Positions 1 to 5,016 of a stretch of 5,016 bases of DNA are shown here, piece by piece. Source of the stretch: Octopus sinensis (Eukaryota). The stretch is from the NCBI RefSeq assembly GCF_006345805.1, contig NW_021830223.1, positions 1-5,016 on the forward strand. The letters are read 5' to 3'. Under the pieces are notes generated by a model. That model searched no databases. It saw nothing but the letters and a program-made list of their open reading frames with translations, and had not been told where the DNA came from. How positions within the stretch are numbered: position 1 is the stretch's first letter; each line of letters begins with the position of its first letter. The translations under genes were made by a program, and so were the position numbers.

Positions 1-394
1 ATCCGGTCAGTATGCTTACACTTGACATACTTTTTCATGGGAATATTCCACCAATATTCCTTGAGTTGGTGTTTATGACAGAGGGATTTTCTAAGTTTAT
101 TTCGGGACAGTCTTGCATGCAGATGGCAATGTAAATTGTTTTAGCAACAACATCGTATCGCATAGGGAGGTAGTACCGTGACGACATTTTAGTACAGATG
201 CTAATCACATGCGTACTGTCTTCCACAGAAACATGACATATCCTACACATGCGGTTGCATCTTAGAATTACAAGAGCATCGCTGTCTCTCTTGTTCACTA
301 GGTACTGTGTGGCAATCTCCTGTTCCTGGATTGCAAACGCATAACCTTGAAAATGTGATGTGATGTAGTGGTCTTGTGTCCAACAGAGGCTGCG

Positions 395-445
395 TGTCAA
401 TTTGTGTCAATTCTACTGTCAATTCTTTGTGTCAATTCTACTGTC
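395..445. repeat. Local tandem duplication inside the LINE
   Basis: TTTGTGTCAATTCTACTGTC occurs exactly at 401-420 and 426-445. TGTCAATT occurs four times (395, 405, 417, 430). Confidence 0.9.
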
Positions 446-1429
446 TTCTTCAAGCTTATGGCAACATACCCATGCATGGTCGTTTTTTCTTTTCTATGCT
501 GAGTGCTTTCCATCCAGGTCTTCCCTGAAGTAAGAGAACCCAGCTGATTTGAGGCTGTATAAGAGATCTTCAGGAACAAAGTGTTTCTTGAGCAGCAAAC
601 TGCCAACTTGTGCAATGTTACTCACTTCACTTTTCAGGACTGCATTAATATATTTATTTTTGCTGCTGTTGTTTAGCAGGTGCTACCTGAGTGATACCAT
701 ATGACATTCGAAGACCTTCATTTCTTCTTAAGTAGAGCCTGTCAACATCACTGTTTCTGTGGAAGTTCCCAGTTCTTCTCAAGATTTTGCGGGTTTTGAT
801 ATCTATGGAGTGGATTTCCTCTACAGACCAATCAAGTATCCCAAATGTTGGGATCAGTACTGTAAATGCATTGTGGCATATTGTAAGAGGAGAGTTCCGA
901 CTGCTATATCTTCCCAAGTCTGGTGTAATATCGGGTCACTCTATCTTTATTCAAAGGGCCTTCATTTGATACCTTTTCATTTATGTCTAGGTACTTGTAA
1001 CATTCTTTGTGTGGAATGGGGGAGATAGAGAGACTGTTGATGCACAGGTTTTGGGTTTGGGAAACTGACTTTCCTCGTTCTATTACCAAATATGAACATT
1101 TCTTTTGGCCAAATTCCATACCTATATCAGCTGAAAACGCTAATTGCAGCTGTTTTTTTGTTTTTTGGCATTTTTAACACTTTTAGCATAAATCTTGAGG
1201 TCGTCTACAAAGAAGTTATGAGTTACATTGATATTTCTGGCAGTTGAAGATCCTAGCATGTAGCCATTTATTTTCTGCAGTAGGAACGATAATGGATTCA
1301 GTGCCAACATGAAAAGAAGTACAGAAAGACTCCCTGGAATATTCCCTTTGTAATGCCTATACTATTAGAAACAATTATTCTGTTCCAAGTTGTAAGCCTA
1401 AGAATAGTTTTCTATATCTTTGTGAGTCC

Positions 1430-1445
1430 CTCTCTCTCTCTCTCT
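1430..1445. repeat. (CT)8 microsatellite within the RT coding remnant
   Basis: Perfect (CT)8; translates as EREREG in ORF 1412-1675. Confidence 0.9.
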
Positions 1446-2073
1446 ATAGCAGCAATTAAGGTAGTAGGTACCTTTGCTAGATGTAGGCACTTCAACAGCC
1501 ATAAATGAGAGATAGAGTCGAATGCCTTCTTATAGTCAAGCCAAACTGTCACAAGGTTTCTGTGTTGTTTTCGTATTTCAAACAGTTCAGCTTTGTATAT
1601 TAAAAGTTGTTCGGCACATCTCCACACTCCCTTCTTCCCTCCAGCCTGTTCATCAGTCACAATGTTGTTCGACACAAAATGGCCCCGGAAGAATCGGTTG
1701 AAGCAACATGCCTACAGTTTGTACATGATGTCTAGGCAAGCAATGGGCCTGTAGTTTCCTGCCATCTCGGTGATTTCATTTTTGGCAACAAGATCTGTCC
1801 TCGCTCTAGCAAGCCAATTTGGCATATCAGTCTGAGCTTCCATAGTCCTTTTGAATATACATATCAATTGGTTTCTATAAAATGTCAGCTTCTTGTACCA
1901 ATATCCAACTATTAGGTCCCTTCCAGGTGCCTTCCCATTCTGCAGTTTGCCTACTGCTATAGCGAAGGTTTCTGCATCAATTTTGTATATTTTACTGTTA
2001 GTGTTGGTAGAGTATTCTCTCTCAATTGTATTTAACCATTATGCATTCAGGTTGGAATCCATTTTTTTTCGTT

Positions 2074-2097
2074 TATATATATATGTACGTATGTATG
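2074..2097. repeat. Short (TA)n/(TATG)n tract at the upstream boundary of the LINE remnant
   Basis: TATATATATATGTACGTATGTATG; recognisable RT similarity stops just before it. Confidence 0.7.
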
Positions 2098-2151
2098 TTT
2101 TCTCTTTCTCTTCTAAATTTAGATTAGATTTATACTAGCCACCTACTTGGT

Positions 2152-2445
2152 GTGGAGGCACATGGCCTAGTAGTTAGAGCAGCGGGCTCGTGGTCGAGGG
2201 ATCGGGGGTTCGAATCTCAGACCGGGTTATGAGCGAAACACCTAAGCTAAACGCGGCTCCAGCAGAAGGTAATGGCGAACTTCTGCTGACTCTTTCGCCA
2301 CTGCTTTCTCTCACTCTTTCCTCCTGCATCTTGCAGCTCACCTGCGACGGTCCAGTGTCTCGTCCAGGTGGGGAAACTATACGCCTGAGAAGACGGGAAA
2401 CTGGCCCTTATGAACCAGGCGTGGCTCGAGAAGGAACAAACAACA
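2152..2445 (+). mobile_element. Full-length tRNA-derived SINE (294 bp) with target-site duplication
   Basis: tRNA-like head with A and B boxes, 3' tail AACAAACAACA, and flanking direct repeats ACCTACTTGGT (2141-2151) / ACCTACCTGGT (2446-2456), 10 of 11 identical. The 3' body (CCTGCGACGG..CGTCCAGG..TGGCTCG) resembles the Meta/V-type SINE central domain from memory. Confidence 0.9.
2163..2217 (+). promoter_or_regulatory. Internal RNA polymerase III type 2 promoter of the SINE
   Basis: A box TGGCCTAGTAG at 2163-2173 and B box GGTTCGAATCT at 2207-2217, with tRNA-like spacing. Confidence 0.82.
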
Positions 2446-2660
2446 ACCTACCTGGTAACAAAGTTGTGAAGGAAAGTATCTTGTTTTAAAAATCACCCTT
2501 TAAATCTTAAGGTCTTGAAGAGATTTATGGTACCAGATATCGTTATCATTTGCAGTGTATGAACTGAGGATTTGCATTCTCTCCCCAAGATCCCATACTT
2601 TGCCCCAGACGGACTGCTATGTAATTTGTCTCTTGTACTTACTTGTACTTGTGGCGACAT

Positions 2661-2795
2661 TCACCCTGGGTGGGTTGAGTCGGCTTCTTCTACCACCCTC
2701 GAGGCATCTCGAACCATGGTGGCCCACGCACGATGGTCCTGCGCCAGTTCGCTGGAGATAGCGAGCCAGTCACGGTTCCTTCGGTGCAGGCCGAT
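2661..2795 (-). pseudogene. C-terminal 44 codons of an RTE-type ORF
   Basis: Uninterrupted frame ending in TGA at 2663-2661 and containing ELAQDHRAW; not in the supplied ORF track. Confidence 0.75.
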
Positions 2796-2980
2796 GTTGC
2801 CATTGTATTCGCCATTGAGAATTCATGGAAGAAGTTTCGTGGGAATATGTGGATTTCACAAGCGGTCCCCAACAATCTCTCATGTAGAGACATCCTGTTT
2901 GCCGCATATTGTCCGCAGACGCAGGGATAGAACGACCGAGGAGCCGCCGGTTGTCGAAACAGACACTCCGAGGATTTTCA

Positions 2981-3143
2981 CCAGAGCCCCGTCTGCCGGG
3001 CTGTGGCCCTAATACCACTCGGTGTCAGACCAATCCACTTTGGGTGGCCCTACCAAGAACCGAAGTTCCCGACGGCATAGCTCTGACACTACCCGTTGCC
3101 AGCGTCCCCACGACGGTGAGGAGGGGATGGACTTTGGGAACGC
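2981..3143 (-). ncRNA. Predicted structured RNA domain at the 5' end of the RTE-derived element
   Basis: Helices readable by eye on the minus strand: GCGUUCCCA/UGGGGACGC (3143-3135 with 3110-3102), GUGUCAGA/UCUGACAC (3089-3082 with 3029-3022), GGGAAC-UUCG-GUUCUU (3070-3055), CCAC-CCAAA-GUGG (3047-3035) and CCACAGCCC/GGGCUCUGG (3006-2981, one mismatch). Confidence 0.6.
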
Positions 3144-3271
3144 AATAATATTAAGCGTAATCTGGCTACTGGATTTGTAAACTCTTTATTAATGGTCCAT
3201 AGATGTTCTCTTTGTTTTGCATTTTACGAACAACATTGGTGTCCAGAGGGCAGCTGATTTTCGCAAGAGAA

Positions 3272-3334
3272 CATATCGAACTTGGAACCATGTGGTAGGG
3301 AAACAAGCTTCTAGCCACAGAGCTACGCATGCGC
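3272..3334 (-). mobile_element. Isolated 5' tRNA-like head of a second SINE family (octopus-type)
   Basis: Minus strand GCGCATGCGTAGCTCTGTGGCTAGAAGCTTGTTTCCCTACCACATGGTTCCAAGTTCGAT, with a degenerate A box (3325-3315) and B box (3282-3275). It resembles an abundant Octopus SINE 5' end from memory. No body or tail was recognised. Confidence 0.65.
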
Positions 3335-3547
3335 TTTATGCATTAAATAAATATACGTATAAGCTTGTATTTACGTTTGAGTGGAATGCCAGCTTAGAAA
3401 ACGATTAAACTTTAATCCACCGACTATAATTTAGCCAGACAAGACAGCAATGATATTTGTATTATAAAGATTATTCTTTATTAAAAGGAGAAATCGAGTG
3501 TTTAACTTTTATACGTATAGGCATGCGCATTTACTAATGTATGTCTT

Positions 3548-3794
3548 TGTCTGTCTGTCTGTCTGTCCGTCTGTCTGTCTATCTATCTAATCTAATCTAT
3601 CTATCTATCCATCTATCTATATATATCTATCTATCTATTTATCTATCTATCAATATATACGTATATATATGTGTATAAGTATATAAGTATGTATGTGTAA
3701 ATATATATATATATATATGTATATATAAATCTGTGCTTGAGTGAGTATGTGTGTGTATGTGTGTGTGTATGGTGTGTGTGTGTGTGTGCGCGTG
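3548..3794. repeat. Compound microsatellite (TCTG)n-(TCTA)n-(TA)n-(TG)n
   Basis: (TCTG)n ~3548-3580, (TCTA)n ~3578-3651, TA-rich ~3653-3727, (TG)n ~3746-3794. Confidence 0.95.
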
Positions 3795-3871
3795 TACAAA
3801 CTCTGTGGATCTCTGGAAGATAATTAATTTTCTCTTTTATCCCACTCTCTGTTTCTCTGTCTCTTTATGCG

Positions 3872-3906
<35 letters not shown>

Positions 3907-3918
3907 ATATATATATAT
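3872..3918. repeat. (TA)n microsatellite
   Basis: Near-perfect TA run with one phase shift. Confidence 0.95.
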
Positions 3919-3981
3919 GAAAAAACAAGTAAAAAATAGAAAATGCTAAAATAATTTATAGTGAACATTTCATAGAACATT

Positions 3982-4024
3982 TTTCAGTCCGGGTTTCGGT
4001 CATTTGAGACCTTTTCAACTGTAA
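3982..4024 (-). ncRNA. Degenerate minimal type I hammerhead ribozyme (U3-A8 core variant, probably inactive copy)
   Basis: Minus strand UUACAG-UUGAAAA-GGUC-UCAAAU-GACC-GAAA-CCCGG-A-CUGAAA: stem I has 5 of 6 pairs, stem II is a perfect 4 bp, the GAAA core is intact, and UUGAAAA replaces CUGANGA. The NUH triplet lacks its U. Confidence 0.68.
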
Positions 4025-4344
4025 CGATAAATAATTAAATTTAGAAAATTAGAAGAAAAGTTTTAAAAGAATATTTCTATAGTGTTTCAGATTTAAGTGG
4101 CATCTGCCTTTCTCTGAGTCTCTTTGTTTGCACTTGTGTGTTCGAGAGTTTGTGAGTTCTTGGTAGGTGAGGAAAGGGGGGTGGGAGAATCTGGGAGTGC
4201 CCTGATGGTCGTATTTTGAATGGTCAGTGGCGGCTGGCAGTCTCAGTTCAATTCAGGAGAATATTTATATTGACAGGCTTGTTTATAGAATAGCGTAGGT
4301 GTTTATACTAAAAAACATTAGTGCAAACTAAGGGGTAGGGGGTG

Positions 4345-4607
4345 AGAAGAAGAAGAAGAAGAAGAATAAGAAGAAGAAGAAGAAGAGAAGGAAAGATGAT
4401 GGTGATGGTGGTGATGATTTGAACGACGATGATGATGATACGATGATGATGAAGAGAAGAGAAGAAGAAGAAGAGAAGAGAAGAAGGAGTAGAAGGAGAA
4501 GATGGTGTGATGATGGTGGCGATGATGATGAGGCCGATGAGATGATGATAACGATGATGATGAAGAAGAAGAGGAAGAGAAGAAGGAAAAAAACAGAGAA
4601 GGGAGAA
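4345..4607. repeat. Compound (GAA)n/(GAT)n/(GGT)n trinucleotide repeat region
   Basis: Alternating GAA-rich and GAT-rich blocks; the + strand is purine-rich with very few C. Confidence 0.95.
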
Positions 4608-4797
4608 TATGAATGGGTGTAAATATAGCTATGAAGGGGCTGATTAGTAATGGATTCTATGGAGTTTATTTTGTGTGTGTATATATTATTTTTTTCTTTT
4701 ATTCTAAAGTTGAGGTTATATTAATTGTTTGTCGTAGACCCGTTAAGAAGTGGCTTGTATTTTGTATAAAGAGATTTTCTTTACTTATTCTTTACTT

Positions 4798-5016
4798 ATA
4801 TATATATATATATATATATACATACATAAATACATACACATATAAAATAATATATATTATATTTACATTTACAACTACAAACATATTTGTGTATATATAC
4901 ATACATACATACAATACTACATACCAATATATATATATAATATATATATATTATATATAATATATATATATACACACATATATATATATAGATAGAAAAG
5001 TATATATATGAATATT
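4798..5016. repeat. (TA)n/(TACA)n low-complexity tract
   Basis: TA runs interspersed with CA/TACA units to the window end. Confidence 0.92.

Larger units (their letters stand above)
1..2038 (-). pseudogene. Disrupted RT / zinc-knuckle / restriction-like endonuclease polyprotein of the LINE
   Basis: Supplied ORFs 1412-1675, 904-1119, 654-917, 397-615 and 35-400 are successive fragments of one protein. In-frame stops occur at 2039-2041 (TAA) and 1712-1714 (TAG), with frameshifts near QG(D)SLS and elsewhere. Confidence 0.88.
1..2062 (-). mobile_element. Degenerate RLE-type non-LTR retrotransposon (R2 superfamily, most similar to R4/Dong-type); continues past the left window edge
   Basis: Manual minus-strand translation gives motifs in the expected order: KAPGRD (1916-1933), YRPIACL (1733-1753), EQAGGKKG, DYKKAFDS (1514-1537), GIFQG/SLS (frameshifted, ~1325-1345), catalytic FVDD (1200-1211), FSADIGMEFG..KC, YKYL, LIPTFGILDW, RLYLRRNEG, QEQEIAT, zinc knuckle C-x2-C-x8-H-x4-C (194-247), RYD (RHD-like) and EYWWNIP..KH..PD at bases 1-~58. 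The clade assignment is from recalled motif similarity. Confidence 0.92.
2632..3143 (-). mobile_element. Non-autonomous, internally deleted (bipartite) RTE-clade retroelement
   Basis: The minus-strand 5' part has GTCGTGG..GAGCTATGCCG..AGGGCCACCCAAAG.GGA..GGTC, which I recognise as the conserved RTE/BovB-type 5' UTR motif. The 3' part (2795-2661) reads IGLHRRNRDWLAISSELAQDHRAWATMVRDASRVVEEADSTHPG*, an RTE ORF C-terminus (LAQDRxxW motif), followed by the tail ACAAGTACAAGTAAGTACAAG (2652-2632). It is a GC/CpG-rich island in AT-rich flanks. The 5' boundary is uncertain (3143-3156). Confidence 0.8.
3919..4799 (-). mobile_element. Penelope-like element (PLE) 3' fragment / pseudo-LTR
   Basis: Minus strand 4791-4721 reads RISKENLFIQ(K)YKPLLNGSTTNN* after correcting a 1-nt deletion in an A run, matching the GIY-YIG C-terminal pattern R..KE..FI..YKP.LN. 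Downstream on the same strand is a hammerhead-like motif (4024-3982). The unit is bounded on both sides by (TA)n. Confidence 0.68.

Noticed and set aside
395-445. CRISPR-like repeat array
   Set aside because: Repeats are short and irregular, with no unique spacers, and the context is a eukaryotic LINE.
2152-2225. Functional tRNA gene
   Set aside because: The acceptor and anticodon stems do not pair properly, and the sequence runs into a SINE body with a tail and TSD.
759-2489. Plus-strand ORFs 759-1028, 787-969, 1893-2138 and 2190-2489
   Set aside because: Antisense shadows of the LINE or a chance ORF across the SINE; no protein motifs.
2457-2620. Continuation of the RLE LINE beyond the SINE
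   Set aside because: No recognisable LINE coding motifs on inspection; left unassigned.
3030-3143. Canonical HDV-like ribozyme (CCUCCUC, GCUGGCAAC and a P1-like 5' stem recall the HDV genomic ribozyme)
   Set aside because: P3/L3 cannot be built with canonical geometry: the loop would be 4 or about 15 nt instead of about 7, and P1.1 is not positioned correctly. Kept only as an unassigned structure.
2555-3148. Overlapping ORFs on both strands (146, 82, 79, 68, 67 and 65 aa)
   Set aside because: No recognisable motifs; expected by chance in a GC-rich element. The meaningful frame is the unlisted 2795-2661 remnant.
4030-4720. SECIS element or TATA promoter in the PLE UTR
   Set aside because: No convincing AUGA/GA kink-turn stem was seen on the minus strand, and a TATAAAT near 4263-4269 is expected by chance in AT-rich DNA.
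3751-4960. ORFs 3751-3939, 4419-4622 and 4613-4960
   Set aside because: Translations of microsatellites (CV, IY, poly-D/E/R/M) with non-ATG starts.

Overview
This is eukaryotic, repeat-derived DNA with no intact host gene. The SINE types and microsatellite density suggest an invertebrate, probably an octopus or other coleoid cephalopod (inference from recalled repeat families, not a database search). Five retroelement pieces lie in series. (1) 1-~2062 (-): a decayed RLE-type non-LTR retrotransposon of R4/Dong type, with RT motifs, a CCHC knuckle and the start of the PD-(D/E)xK endonuclease. (2) 2152-2445 (+): a full-length tRNA-derived SINE with an 11-bp TSD and an internal H-type pseudoknot. 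(3) ~2632-3143 (-): a ~0.5-kb internally deleted, non-autonomous RTE element joining a highly structured 5' UTR to the last 44 codons of the ORF and a CAAGTA-type tail. (4) 3272-3334 (-): an isolated tRNA-like SINE head. (5) ~3919-4799 (-): a Penelope-like element 3' end/pLTR between (TA)n tracts, with the GIY-YIG C-terminus and a degenerate minimal type I hammerhead ribozyme with a U3-A8 core variant. The most interesting signals are the RNA structures: the RTE 5' fold, the hammerhead variant and the SINE pseudoknot. None is shown to be functional here. The supplied plus-strand ORFs appear to be artefacts.
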